From: Patescibacteria group bacterium
GTDB lineage: Bacteria > Patescibacteriota > Microgenomatia > UBA8517
DNA length: 64,000 nucleotides
Direction: 5' to 3'
Assembly: GCA_025999275.1 (NCBI GenBank)
Contig: AP024680.1
Location: 244,728 to 308,727, forward strand
Made by a program: the position numbers and the translations under genes
Notes under the pieces: model-generated
What the model was told of the DNA's origin: nothing
Database searches by the model: none
Seen by the model: the letters and a program-made list of their open reading frames with translations, nothing else
Shown here: positions 19,295-28,907 of the stretch, piece after piece
Layout of the letters: every line of letters begins with the position of its first letter
How positions within the stretch are numbered: the stretch's first letter is position 1

Positions 19295-20464
19295 TTAGTT
19301 TGTTTTATTTAATTTTATTTTAATGGTAATCATAAATACTAAAAATAAAATTGCTGAGGCAAGAGCAAAAGGAATATTTTTACCAAAGATATAAAAAATT
19401 TCACCGCCAATTATTGGCCCCAAAATTCTTCCCAAAGAACCTGCTGACTGCAGAAAACCTAGAGTCCCCCCATATTCTTCTTTTTTTACATTTTCTGAGG
19501 CAATTGCTTGAAGAGAAGGGTTTGCCAAACCATTTCCCAGAGGCATAAAGGTTAAGGCAAGGTAAAAAATTATCTCGTTTTTTGCCATATAAATTAAAAG
19601 GAAGCTTAGAAATAAGTTAAAAGTGGCAATTTTTAGAATATTTCTTTCGTTAATTCTTTTTAATAGGAAGGGTAATATAACAAGTTGCACTAAAACCGCC
19701 AGAACACCAACATAAGCAAATATCGCTCCGTTTTTAGAAGCATCGTATCCAAATGTTTTTTCTGTCCATAAGGCTAAATTTCCTTGAGTTAAAGAAAAAG
19801 AAAGATTAATAAGAAAGAAAATTAGAATTAAAAATACAAAGTTTGGGATTTGTAAAACTTTTTTTAACTCTTCCAAGCTAAACTCAGTTCTTTTGCTGTG
19901 GGTTGATTTTTCTGTATTTACAGTCTCATCAAGAAACAAGAAAGTAGTCATAATTGTAAGTAGGGAAACAAAAGCGGCCAATAAAGCTGGGGCAGAATAA
20001 GATATTTTGGATAAAGCTCCTCCAATTGCCGGGCCAAATATGAACCCTAGTCCAAAAGCAGCGCCAATCAACCCCATACCTCGGGCACGATTTTTATTAT
20101 CAGTGACATCAGCTATGTAAGCTTGAGCGATAGAGATGTTTCCTCCTGTTATTCCATCTATGATTCTTGAAATAAAAAGTAGCGGCAGGCTGTTTGCTAA
20201 AGCCAAGATTAAGTATCCAATAGCACTTCCTAACTGGGACAAAATTAGTATCTTTTTTCTTCCATATCTGTCTGATAATCTTCCCAAGATTGGAGATGCA
20301 ATAAGCTGAAAAAATGAATATGTAGCCGTTAGGAAACCAATTTGGGCTGGGTTTGCCTCATATTTTTCTGCAATGAAGGGTAGAAGGGGTAAAATAATTC
20401 CAAATCCAAGTAGATCTATAAAAACGATTAAGAATATGGTAATTAATGCTTTTTTGTTTTTCAT
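19295..20464 (-). CDS. MFS transporter (drug:H+ antiporter-like)
   Basis: Twelve-TM profile. MFS motif A GRLSDRYGRKKILI after TM2. Confidence 0.8.
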   Translation of the reverse strand: MKNKKALITIFLIVFIDLLGFGIILPLLPFIAEKYEANPAQIGFLTATYSFFQLIASPILGRLSDRYGRKKILILSQLGSAIGYLILALANSLPLLFISRIIDGITGGNISIAQAYIADVTDNKNRARGMGLIGAAFGLGFIFGPAIGGALSKISYSAPALLAAFVSLLTIMTTFLFLDETVNTEKSTHSKRTEFSLEELKKVLQIPNFVFLILIFFLINLSFSLTQGNLALWTEKTFGYDASKNGAIFAYVGVLAVLVQLVILPFLLKRINERNILKIATFNLFLSFLLIYMAKNEIIFYLALTFMPLGNGLANPSLQAIASENVKKEEYGGTLGFLQSAGSLGRILGPIIGGEIFYIFGKNIPFALASAILFLVFMITIKIKLNKTN

Positions 20465-20616
20465 ATTTGATTGTCAGTTTTAGAAGCAAAATTTTTGTCG
20501 ATCTGTTTTTAATTTAGCCTTTTGAATTATAGGGACAAGTTTTTGCAATTTCAAACCTTAAAGATGTAAGAAGTTTATAGAAAGATAATTCTTGGTTATT
20601 TGGGGTTAGAAAAATT

Positions 20617-20862
20617 TTATTGTTTTTTCTGCGATTTTATTTTATCCAAAATCTGTGCTATTGGTGTATCAGGGCCATAAATTTCAATTAACTTTTCCAA
20701 TGTTCCACCATCTAATCTTATTCCGCTTTCCCCATTCCACTTTTTCGTAATTTCTTCTGCCACTATTTCAGTCTGCTTGCTTGTTAAGGGTATAGCACTT
20801 TCTCCTTTTGGTCTTTCTGCGCTCATATTTTTAATTATATCATAAAAGGGCCGATATTTCAA
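20617..20862 (-). CDS. Small hypothetical protein
   Basis: An 81-aa ORF in an otherwise non-coding 550-bp gap. No family. Confidence 0.3.
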   Translation of the reverse strand: MKYRPFYDIIKNMSAERPKGESAIPLTSKQTEIVAEEITKKWNGESGIRLDGGTLEKLIEIYGPDTPIAQILDKIKSQKKQ

Positions 20863-21016
20863 AATATTTTACTGTTTTTTTCTTTTTTTGGATTATTTTG
20901 GTGTTAAGGGTTAAAAGGGAAGTCAAGTTCCAATTTGTATTAGAGCATTTATTAATTACAATTTTGGTGGTAATATTATATAGTTTGGTGGGCGATTTTA
21001 TTGAAGCAAAATTTAA

Positions 21017-21268
21017 ATGAAAATAGAAGAAATTATTAACAACCCATTTTTTGTTTCAGTTTTTCTTTTTTGGGCTTTGTTTTGGAAGGGTCTTGCTCTT
21101 TGGAAATCAAGCCAGAAAAGACAGCTTTTGTGGTTTTTGATTTTGTTGGTATTTAATACTTTGGGGATTTTGGAGATTCTTTATGTTTTTTGGCTTAATA
21201 AGTGGAATTTAGATCAAGGAAGACTTCTTAATTTTCTGGAGAAGAAATTTAAAAAATGGAGAAAATAG
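21017..21268 (+). CDS. Small two-TM membrane protein
   Basis: 83 aa with two hydrophobic helices (FFVSVFLFWALFW, LWFLILLVFNTLGIL). Confidence 0.3.
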   Translation: MKIEEIINNPFFVSVFLFWALFWKGLALWKSSQKRQLLWFLILLVFNTLGILEILYVFWLNKWNLDQGRLLNFLEKKFKKWRK

Positions 21269-21361
21269 TTTTCATGCCCTTTTTTGAAATTATTGCATTT
21301 TTAGATAAGATAATTTCTAATTTCAGATAAATAATTAAAGTTAAATTTATTTTAATTTTCT

Positions 21362-22108
21362 ATGGATAGTCTAGTTGAGCAAGGATATTATCCTTATTCT
21401 TACGCACCCACAAAAGTTTTTTTGGAAAAACCATCTTTAAGAGAATTAGTTGCTAAGGCTAGGGAATTAATTGCTCCTATTAGGTTTCGTCTTGCGGCGC
21501 GTGATATAACTCGGGAATTGGAGATAAAAGAAAACAGCAAAATTTTAGAATTGGGTAGTGGTTTAGGTTTATTGGGCGAGGCCATTAAGAGTGAGACAGG
21601 TGGCGATATCTCCTATTTTGGTGTTGAATTATTTTTGACTTCTGCAAAACAAGGATCAGATAGGGGTTTGATCTCTATTCAGACAGACTTGCAAAAGCTT
21701 CCTTTTGCTGACGGCTCTTTTGACTATATAGTTACAACTGATGTGCTTGAGCATGTAAATGATTCTGAAACTGCAGCAAAGGAAATGTTTAGGGTATTAA
21801 AATCTGGTGGAAAGGCTTTTGTTGTAATTGCTGATCCTTCTGAGGCTCGTTTTGATTTTGTTGAGGGACATATAAAGAGAAGTAATGAAAATTCTGACGT
21901 TTCTTATTGGGAGAATTTATTTATGAAAGTTGGTTTTGAAGTTAAACCCGAGAATTCAGAGAAATATAGGAGGAGAGATTGGAGGAGGATTTTTAACTTA
22001 CCGTTTCTAGTTAAATTAAAAAATAAACCTGGTTTTGCATGTGCCTTCAATCCAATAAACAGGCCTGGGGTTTATATTCTAGAAAAGCCGATAAGCAAAA
22101 CAAATTAA
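21362..22108 (+). CDS. Class I SAM-dependent methyltransferase
   Basis: Motif I ILELGSGLGLLG, post-I acidic residue, motif II DYIVTTDVLEHV. Confidence 0.65.
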   Translation: MDSLVEQGYYPYSYAPTKVFLEKPSLRELVAKARELIAPIRFRLAARDITRELEIKENSKILELGSGLGLLGEAIKSETGGDISYFGVELFLTSAKQGSDRGLISIQTDLQKLPFADGSFDYIVTTDVLEHVNDSETAAKEMFRVLKSGGKAFVVIADPSEARFDFVEGHIKRSNENSDVSYWENLFMKVGFEVKPENSEKYRRRDWRRIFNLPFLVKLKNKPGFACAFNPINRPGVYILEKPISKTN

Positions 22109-22138
22109 AAGATTGGATTGCTTTTAATCGGATTTATC

Positions 22139-23449
22139 TTAATTTTTAAGTAAATCTACCAAATCTTCCAATTTTCTTTCAAATTGCTCTCCAGTTTTAA
22201 GATTTTTAATTTTTACTACTTTTGCTTTAATTTCATCTGGGCCCATAAACAATGCCCAAGGTATACCCAAGCTGTCTGCATATTTTAGCTGTTTGGCTAA
22301 TTTTGCCCCTTCATAATAAACTTCTGTTGGTATTCCTAAAGAGCGAAGATTACTTGCAACTTGTGCATATTCGCCTGACAGTTCTTCCCCAAAGTTTACA
22401 ATTAGAATTTGTGATGGTGTTTTTATGGTTTCTACTGTTCTTAAGGTTTGAAGAGCTGTAAGTAGTCTATCAACTCCCACTGAAGTGCCAACTGCTGGCA
22501 AGTCTACTTTATTGTCTGATAAAGTGGCAATCAGATTATCATATCTTCCACCGCTACAGACACTTCCTATGTTTGGCAAATTGGTAAGTGTGGTTTCGAA
22601 TATTATCCCTGTATAATAATCAAGCCCTCTTGCAATCTTTTGATCAAAAATTACCAAAGGTTCTTTGTATCCGGCGGCTTCTAAAATTGAAAAGACGGTT
22701 TTTAAGTTTGAAATACCTTCTTCTGCAGAATTGTTATTTTCTAGAATTTGTCTAATTCTTTCTAGGCGGATACTAGGTGTTCCTTCTATAGACAAATATT
22801 TAGACACCAATTCTGAAACGTTTCCACCAAATTGAGATTCTATTTCTTTTAGAACATAATCAACACCAAATTTATCTGTTTTATCAATTATAGAAATTAA
22901 TTTTCTTGCTTCTTTTGTGTCTTTTATTCCTGAAACTTCTGCTAGCCCATCAAGAATTCTCCTGTTGTTAACTCTTACAACAGCATTTACCTCTAATGAT
23001 TTAAAAATGTCGCACATCATCATCACTACTTCAGCATCAGCCATTGGGCTTTTGCTTCCAACCACATCTGCGTCAAACTGATAAAATTCGCGATATCTTC
23101 CAGCTTGTGGGCTTTCACCTCTCCATACAGGACCTATTTGGTATCTTTTAAATGGAAGAGGAATTTTGTCTCTATGTTGTGCAACCACTCTTGCAAGTGG
23201 AACAGTTAAATCATAGCGAAGGGCAACATCTCTATTGCCGTGATCTCTAAATCTATACATAAGTTTTTTTCCTTCTTCTCCATATTTCCCTGCTAAAGTT
23301 TCGTATCTTTCTATTGCCGGTGTTTCAAGAGGGGAATATCCGTATCTTTCAAATACAGTCTTTATTTTCTGAATCATTTGCTCTCTGGGCAACATTTGTT
23401 CTGGGAGCATGTCCCTAAATCCTGATAGCGGTCCTTGATTTTGTTTCAT
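22139..23449 (-). CDS. hisS: Histidine--tRNA ligase
   Basis: Class II aaRS motifs GFRDMLP, FRDHG...RYDLTVPLAR, YQIGPVWRGE and GGRYD. C-terminal anticodon-binding domain. Confidence 0.9.
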   Translation of the reverse strand: MKQNQGPLSGFRDMLPEQMLPREQMIQKIKTVFERYGYSPLETPAIERYETLAGKYGEEGKKLMYRFRDHGNRDVALRYDLTVPLARVVAQHRDKIPLPFKRYQIGPVWRGESPQAGRYREFYQFDADVVGSKSPMADAEVVMMMCDIFKSLEVNAVVRVNNRRILDGLAEVSGIKDTKEARKLISIIDKTDKFGVDYVLKEIESQFGGNVSELVSKYLSIEGTPSIRLERIRQILENNNSAEEGISNLKTVFSILEAAGYKEPLVIFDQKIARGLDYYTGIIFETTLTNLPNIGSVCSGGRYDNLIATLSDNKVDLPAVGTSVGVDRLLTALQTLRTVETIKTPSQILIVNFGEELSGEYAQVASNLRSLGIPTEVYYEGAKLAKQLKYADSLGIPWALFMGPDEIKAKVVKIKNLKTGEQFERKLEDLVDLLKN

Positions 23450-23585
23450 TATGTTTTTTTGGCTTAATATGGATAAAAACTCAATCCTTGATATTAGCTA
23501 GCGCATTTGTATTTTATCACAATTTTATAATAACCGGGTTATTATGGTATGATTTTGGTTTCAGTCTGTGGAAGTTTGCCAGTAT

Positions 23586-23954
23586 CTAAGAGTTTTCTTT
23601 AATCGGATTTAACGCCCCTTTGGGTTTGATTAGCCTGTCTCCAATTTGAAAACTATCATACACTTCTTTTGTAACAGCTACTTTTCTTGTTAATCCTTCA
23701 TCGGTTTTTACTACCAGTGTATAAAAACTAGATACTTTCTTTTTATTTTTGATTATGCTCCCCTCATCAATTTCTTCCTTCGTATTGTAAAGCTTGTCAA
23801 TTACCTCGCCTTTCCACTCACTTGCTCTTGTTTTCTTTACTATTTTTAAGATTAATAATCCAACTAACCCCACTGGAACGACAAAAAACAAAAGAAAGAA
23901 TAAAATTCCAAATATTCTCATCTTGGTCACCTCCTTTTTAAGGACCTGTCGCAA
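23586..23954 (-). CDS. Hypothetical membrane-anchored protein
   Basis: N-terminal TM helix (IFGILFFLLFFVVPVGLVGLLIL). Confidence 0.4.
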   Translation of the reverse strand: MRQVLKKEVTKMRIFGILFFLLFFVVPVGLVGLLILKIVKKTRASEWKGEVIDKLYNTKEEIDEGSIIKNKKKVSSFYTLVVKTDEGLTRKVAVTKEVYDSFQIGDRLIKPKGALNPIKENS

Positions 23955-24936
23955 TTTCTGTTATTTTCCAAGTGTTACCGTCTTTTTCTAAAGTAATCCA
24001 CCTGGTGTTTTCTCCATTTTGCCATCCATAGTATGGAATTGGAGCATTGGCTGAATCAGGATTCATCCAAACATCAAAGACGGCCTTGTAGAAATGTTTA
24101 TTTTCGGTCCATTCGTTTTCTCTTGTTTTCTCCAAACTTATTAGTTTAAAGGAATTGATGTTACTGAAATTAACAGCCCATGCTTGAAGTTCGCTTTCAT
24201 CGGAAGTTTTTATCATACTTGCTGCTTTATCAGGGTATCCTTCTTCAATCAGGTTGACAAAATTATGAATAATATCCTCCTCTTGTGGCAAAGGAACGCT
24301 TTCACTTTTTTTCTCTTCTTGGTTTTGTTTTGATTCCAGATAATCCTTTAGGTGTAGGGAAAATTTTTTGACAAAATTAAGGGCTTGTTCTTGGTTAAGA
24401 TCGCTTTGATAGGTATTAATTATAAGGTCAAGATTGTTGGATAAAAAGATTTCTAGGGTTCTAAAATTTCCGTTTTGATCATATATTAGCTGGTGGAGAA
24501 AAGGAATTTGAGAATCTTGCTTGACAGAATAATTGGAAAGCTTGTAAGCATCCCTTAAGCTTTGAATTTCTCCTTTAATAAAGCTTATGGGCAGTCTTTT
24601 GGATGGTGTCGGGACGCCTGAATTGTAATTCATTTTAGGTTCTTCTTGATAGTATTCACAGTAATATTCGCTATACTTTGAGGTTTTATTAACCCCTCCT
24701 TTGGTGGTTATAAATTTTTTGCCTAAAATTTCTTCTATTTTTTCTTTTGGAAAGATCTTGCAGGTGTCAATTTCTGACCCAAGCACTCTTTCGTAATCTA
24801 CTTCTTCTTTGGTTGTTGATTGGGTTTTGCTTTCTTGGGGATTTGCGGTATTTGGCTTTTGAGTTTTTTGGACTGCTAAAATAACGCCTGCAATTATTAT
24901 TAAGGCGATGGTTATCAATATTACGACCTTTTTCAT
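23938..24936 (-). CDS. Hypothetical secreted/membrane-anchored protein
   Basis: N-terminal TM/signal anchor (VVILITIALIIIAGVILAV). Overlaps the downstream gene by 17 nt. Confidence 0.45.
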   Translation of the reverse strand: MKKVVILITIALIIIAGVILAVQKTQKPNTANPQESKTQSTTKEEVDYERVLGSEIDTCKIFPKEKIEEILGKKFITTKGGVNKTSKYSEYYCEYYQEEPKMNYNSGVPTPSKRLPISFIKGEIQSLRDAYKLSNYSVKQDSQIPFLHQLIYDQNGNFRTLEIFLSNNLDLIINTYQSDLNQEQALNFVKKFSLHLKDYLESKQNQEEKKSESVPLPQEEDIIHNFVNLIEEGYPDKAASMIKTSDESELQAWAVNFSNINSFKLISLEKTRENEWTENKHFYKAVFDVWMNPDSANAPIPYYGWQNGENTRWITLEKDGNTWKITEIATGP

Positions 24937-25088
24937 TTATTTAGTCTTGTTCTAATTTTTTATTTTAATACTCAAAGTCAATCTCGGCTAGTTTAGATTT
25001 AAGACTAAGAAGTTGATTGTTGTAATTTTGTCTAATGATTTGTTTCAATTGGTTTTAAGTACCCTTTTTGATAGAATAACGCTAGAGT

Positions 25089-26078
25089 ATGTTGAAAAAT
25101 GGGAATGTTTATCTAGAATTTTTGCAAGTTTCCAAGAAGATAGGAGTACCGATTAGAAAAATCCTGGATGTATTTTGGCATCTTTCTACTAAAAAGACTG
25201 TTGAAAATAATGAGTTGGTTCGTATGGTGGGCGTGTCCAGAAATGCTCTAAATCAGGTCAAAAAAGAACTATCTTTATATCTAGACCCTCCATCTGAGAA
25301 AACTTGTTTGAGAAAGGATGCAGCTGAGAGAGTAACTGAGTTGTATAAAAATAATTTTTTATTAGAAGAAGACCTTTTGAAAATTTTAACCACAAGCGAA
25401 GTCTATGAACAATCTATTAAGTTACTTTCAAGTTGTAAAGATAGAAGGCCGTCCCCCAAAAGGGCTTTTGATCAATTTATAGCGACAATTGATACTTTAG
25501 CAAGAAGAGCGGCTATTCTTGACTTTTTAGGAGATGTAAGGGCTAAGAGAATATTGTTTTTGGGAGATGATGATTTTACATCGGTGGCAATTGGAAATAT
25601 TAAGTCACACCAAGATATAACAGTGGTTGACATTGATAGTAGGATTTTAGACAACATTGGAGCTATTTCAGACGAGCTTAATCTGGGAATCAAAAGAGTA
25701 AATCACGATTTAAGAAAACCGATTCCTGCTAGTTTAAAAGGAAAGTTTGATATTGTATTTACTGATCCTCCTTATACACCGGAAGGCATACAACTTTTTG
25801 TTTCAAGGGCATTAGACGCGATAGACCAAGAAAACAGGGCGGCAAGGATTTACTTTTGTTACGGGAATAGTGATAGAGCTAAAGAGAGGTTTTTGCCTAT
25901 TCAGAATGCAATTACAGCTATGGGACTAATGCTTAGATGGATATTTGATAGATTTAATAGATATGAGAGAGCTGAATCTGTAGGGAACGCAAGCTCTTTA
26001 TATGTTGCTGAAATTACTCCCATGACTAAGCCTTTAATAAGAGGAGTTTATGACAAACCCATCTACACCATTGATTAA
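25089..26078 (+). CDS. Aminopropyltransferase-like protein of the BpsA/DUF43 family (putative branched or long-chain polyamine synthase)
   Basis: Rossmann entry RILFLGDDDFTSVAIG and DIVFTDPPYT motif, arranged as in N4-bis(aminopropyl)spermidine synthases. Overlaps the downstream SAM decarboxylase gene. Confidence 0.55.
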   Translation: MLKNGNVYLEFLQVSKKIGVPIRKILDVFWHLSTKKTVENNELVRMVGVSRNALNQVKKELSLYLDPPSEKTCLRKDAAERVTELYKNNFLLEEDLLKILTTSEVYEQSIKLLSSCKDRRPSPKRAFDQFIATIDTLARRAAILDFLGDVRAKRILFLGDDDFTSVAIGNIKSHQDITVVDIDSRILDNIGAISDELNLGIKRVNHDLRKPIPASLKGKFDIVFTDPPYTPEGIQLFVSRALDAIDQENRAARIYFCYGNSDRAKERFLPIQNAITAMGLMLRWIFDRFNRYERAESVGNASSLYVAEITPMTKPLIRGVYDKPIYTID

Positions 26079-26406
26079 ACATTTTGTCGCGCTTATAAAA
26101 ATAAAACCATTTGATAACTCTTTAGTGTTTGTTGAAAAGTTGGCAGACAACATAATTTATGATTTAGATTTAAAGGTGGTTAAAAAGGTTTCTTATGTTT
26201 TTAAGCCAACAGGAATTACTCTTGCATATATACTTTCCCAGTCTCATCTTGTTATTCATACTTACCCCGAAAGTGGTTTTATCCATATCGATTTATCAAT
26301 TTGTGTTAACCGTACAAAGAAAGAATTTGAAAGTTCATTAAAACATGTATTTTGTAAACAAAAGGGTTGTTTTATTGATGTTAGGACTATTAATTTTGGC
26401 AGATAG
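26050..26406 (+). CDS. speH: S-adenosylmethionine decarboxylase proenzyme, pyruvoyl-dependent class 1b
   Basis: Self-cleavage/active-site motif AYILSQSHLVIHTYPE, homologous to the LSESHxSIHTWPE of SpeH. Size 118 aa. Confidence 0.75.
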   Translation: MTNPSTPLIKHFVALIKIKPFDNSLVFVEKLADNIIYDLDLKVVKKVSYVFKPTGITLAYILSQSHLVIHTYPESGFIHIDLSICVNRTKKEFESSLKHVFCKQKGCFIDVRTINFGR

Positions 26407-26701
26407 AAGAAACTAATTATCGACTTTTTTTACTAACCTTATCTTATTTGGTAAGGTATTTTTAAAGAGGATTTAATTGAAAACCCTAGTGTTAACTTCA
26501 GTCTCTGGGGATGTTTGGTTTTTAAAAATGGATTGAGAATCTAAAAACCTTTATATCAAGAATGAATAAGTAAGGTTTTTTATGGAAAAATTTTATAATT
26601 CGTTTTTTCTTAGATTTTGTATTTGTATTTTTGAGGCTCTATCTATTTTTGAAAATAGGATAGATAATATTTTGTGAAGAAAACTTTATTTTTAACCCCT
26701 T

Positions 26702-26854
26702 TTATTTTTGATCTTTCCCTTTCGAATAGACAATTTCTACCTTGTCGTGATTGGGTGTGGAACTGGGTTTTTCCCCAAGATTCTCTCCATTATCGACAAT
26801 TGTTACTTTTTCTTCCTTTTTATTAATAATTACTATTCCTCTCCTTTCTTTCAT
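26702..26854 (-). CDS. Small ORF of 50 aa. Hypothetical.
   Basis: Preceded by ggggtgagaaaaATG, a strong SD with proper spacing. Not in the ORF track because it is below the length cutoff. Confidence 0.25.
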   Translation of the reverse strand: MKERRGIVIINKKEEKVTIVDNGENLGEKPSSTPNHDKVEIVYSKGKDQK

Positions 26855-26887
26855 TTTTCTCACCCCCTTTCTTTCAAAAAAATAAAA

Positions 26888-26925
26888 AAAGCGGCCCCTT
26901 TATTTGCCGCTTTGGTTTTTATTTT
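26888..26925. terminator. Bidirectional rho-independent terminator
   Basis: aagcggc-ccctttattt-gccgctt hairpin flanked by A-tracts upstream and T-tracts downstream. Confidence 0.6.
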
Positions 26926-27055
26926 CTTTTAATTTCACTTTTGGTTCCTAAACGAAAATTCTATTTTTGTTTTTTAATCTTGTCAATATTATCTAACTTT
27001 GGAGATGATGATTTGGAGATTGGATTAGCGTGTCTAAGACTTTATTTAGTGGAGG

Positions 27056-27442
27056 TTGAGTTTTGTTTTTCTTGGTGGTATTTTCCTTAAAAAAGGAGGG
27101 TTGACTTTGAGAATTGAGCAAGGAAGATTATTAAGTAAAAATGATTTGTGTCAGATTAGAGATTGGGGAGAAAATGTTTTTGCGTCTGCTTGCCTTAAAA
27201 AAACTCATCTGAAAGTTAGGTATCAGGTTCCTATTAATGGGAAGACTAATTCTGTTATAGATTTTGAAGTTACGAATATTAAGGCAGGTAAAAGTAAATT
27301 GGTTGAAGTAACAATTACCCCAAGAGGAAAAATATCTTCAACTGAAAGAAAATTAAGGCAAATTGCTAACCTTAAGATTAATGGTAAACCTTTTGTTGTT
27401 CTTACAATTGAAAATCTTAGGAATATTGCTAGACACTTATAG
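27056..27442 (+). CDS. Hypothetical protein
   Basis: ORF from the track. The start is uncertain (possible TTG). No family. Confidence 0.3.
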   Translation: MSFVFLGGIFLKKGGLTLRIEQGRLLSKNDLCQIRDWGENVFASACLKKTHLKVRYQVPINGKTNSVIDFEVTNIKAGKSKLVEVTITPRGKISSTERKLRQIANLKINGKPFVVLTIENLRNIARHL

Positions 27443-27466
27443 ATTTTTATTCTAAACTAGTATTAG

Positions 27467-28189
27467 GTGAAAAAAATATTTTTAATTTTTTTGTCTTTGA
27501 TTTTTGCTGTTGTTTTAGGAGGTCTTTTGGTGGGGGGTTATTTTGGAGTTGTGCCTTATTTTTCTTCTTTGTTTGGCTCTGATAAACCTCGTGATTTGGG
27601 GGTTCCTTATACAAAAGAGGATTTTGATTCATATATTAAAAAAGTTGATTATCAGCTTGAGAAGTCAAAAAGTGTAAACTCCCCTTTGGGTGTTGATTTT
27701 TCAGGAGAGGTGGAAATAAAGCAGACTCTTACTAAAGAAGAAGTATCGGCCCGTTTGAATTATGCTCCATGGAAGTATATGCCAATTAAAAATGTGCAGG
27801 TTAATTTTCCTGAAAAAGATACTGTTGAATTTTCTGCTAATTTGTTGGTTGAAAGAATCCCTGAATTTCTTTCTGCTGTTGGCTTTTCCGGTGTTTCGCA
27901 GGAGGACATTGATAAAGGATTAAAATATGTAAAGGCAGTTAATCCTCCAATTTATGCCAAAGGTAAAGTTTCGGTTTCTGAGAACAAGGTTGATGTTAAT
28001 CTTATTTCCGTTGAAGTTGGTCGAATTCCTGTTCCTTTTGAAGATTATGATGGGAACAAAATTGTAAAAACGGTAGCGGAGAGAATTTTTTCTCTTGTTC
28101 CAAATTTTTATGCAAAATCAGTAGTTTTTTCTCCTGAGGGTATGTTCTTTGAAGGGAAGGCACCGACAAAAGGTGCGGTTCTTGAATAA
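27467..28189 (+). CDS. Hypothetical membrane-anchored protein
   Basis: N-terminal TM helix (IFLIFLSLIFAVVLGGLLVGGYF). Confidence 0.45.
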   Translation: MKKIFLIFLSLIFAVVLGGLLVGGYFGVVPYFSSLFGSDKPRDLGVPYTKEDFDSYIKKVDYQLEKSKSVNSPLGVDFSGEVEIKQTLTKEEVSARLNYAPWKYMPIKNVQVNFPEKDTVEFSANLLVERIPEFLSAVGFSGVSQEDIDKGLKYVKAVNPPIYAKGKVSVSENKVDVNLISVEVGRIPVPFEDYDGNKIVKTVAERIFSLVPNFYAKSVVFSPEGMFFEGKAPTKGAVLE

Positions 28190-28190
28190 T

Positions 28191-28706
28191 TTATATTTTT
28201 CTGCTGTCGTATGCCCAATGGAGAAGAGCCTGTCTTTGTTTTCTTCTGCAGTTTAAGTCTTTTGGTTTGCAATATTTTTTAATTTGTGCAATATGTCTTC
28301 TCATTAACTTCCATCTTTTTATTTGTCTTTCATCATCTTCGTGGCGTCTGCCCATATAATATCTACAGTACCATTGAAACCAACCTCTTGGATCATCGGG
28401 ATGGATCCAGCCCTTTTTGCGCCAGAAAGATAAAGGTTGGCTTGCGTTTACTTTGAAATAGTTTAGATTTGGGTCGTGGGATTTTGGGTTTAGTTTTGCC
28501 TTTTTAAACCAATCTTTAGGAAATTCGTTTTGGCAGTCAGTCATGTACTTGCCTCCAAACACCCCAAGCTCAAGCATTTCTTTTGGGGTGAGTTCTGGTT
28601 TGAATTCTGGATCAAAGTTTTTCCCTTCTGGCTCTGTGAAGAAATAAACATAATTTTTTTGCATCAAGTCGTTTACAACTACCTTTTTGGGTCTTTTATC
28701 GTTCAT
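28191..28706 (-). CDS. Conserved hypothetical Trp/Cys-rich protein
   Basis: A 171-aa ORF with aromatic-rich blocks (GWIHPDDPRGWFQWYCRYYMGRR). Immediately downstream of the small zinc-ribbon ORF on the same strand. Confidence 0.45.
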   Translation of the reverse strand: MNDKRPKKVVVNDLMQKNYVYFFTEPEGKNFDPEFKPELTPKEMLELGVFGGKYMTDCQNEFPKDWFKKAKLNPKSHDPNLNYFKVNASQPLSFWRKKGWIHPDDPRGWFQWYCRYYMGRRHEDDERQIKRWKLMRRHIAQIKKYCKPKDLNCRRKQRQALLHWAYDSRKI

Positions 28707-28715
28707 TTTAATTTT

Positions 28716-28856
28716 CTATTCGCAGCATGGATCTTTAAAACCACAGTTTTTGCAAATAGCTTCTTTTGATCCGGCAACTACTCCTATTTCGTATCCACAT
28801 TGGGGGCATTTTTGAGTTTCTCTTTCTTTTTCTTTTTGGTTATTTTTATTATTCAT
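28716..28856 (-). CDS. Small zinc-ribbon protein of 46 aa
   Basis: MNNKNNQKEKERETQKCPQCGYEIGVVAGSKEAICKNCGFKDPCCE carries CxxC-x15-CxxC. Below the ORF-track cutoff. 9 nt upstream of 28191..28706. Confidence 0.45.
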   Translation of the reverse strand: MNNKNNQKEKERETQKCPQCGYEIGVVAGSKEAICKNCGFKDPCCE

Positions 28857-28907
28857 TTTTGGTATATTACAATCGTTTTATATTATATAATCGCCTTAAC
28901 AATTATT

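Noticed and set aside
26708-26932. 74-aa plus-strand ORF
   Set aside because: It runs through the bidirectional terminator hairpin and is antisense to a better-supported SD-preceded small ORF. Poly-Phe/Ile composition is typical of AT-rich noise.
28800-28907. N-terminal 36-codon extension of the crtI ORF
   Set aside because: The extension overlaps the opposite-strand 46-aa zinc-ribbon ORF and is hydrophobic junk. The FAD-binding GxGxxG motif starts right after MNGKK at 28908.
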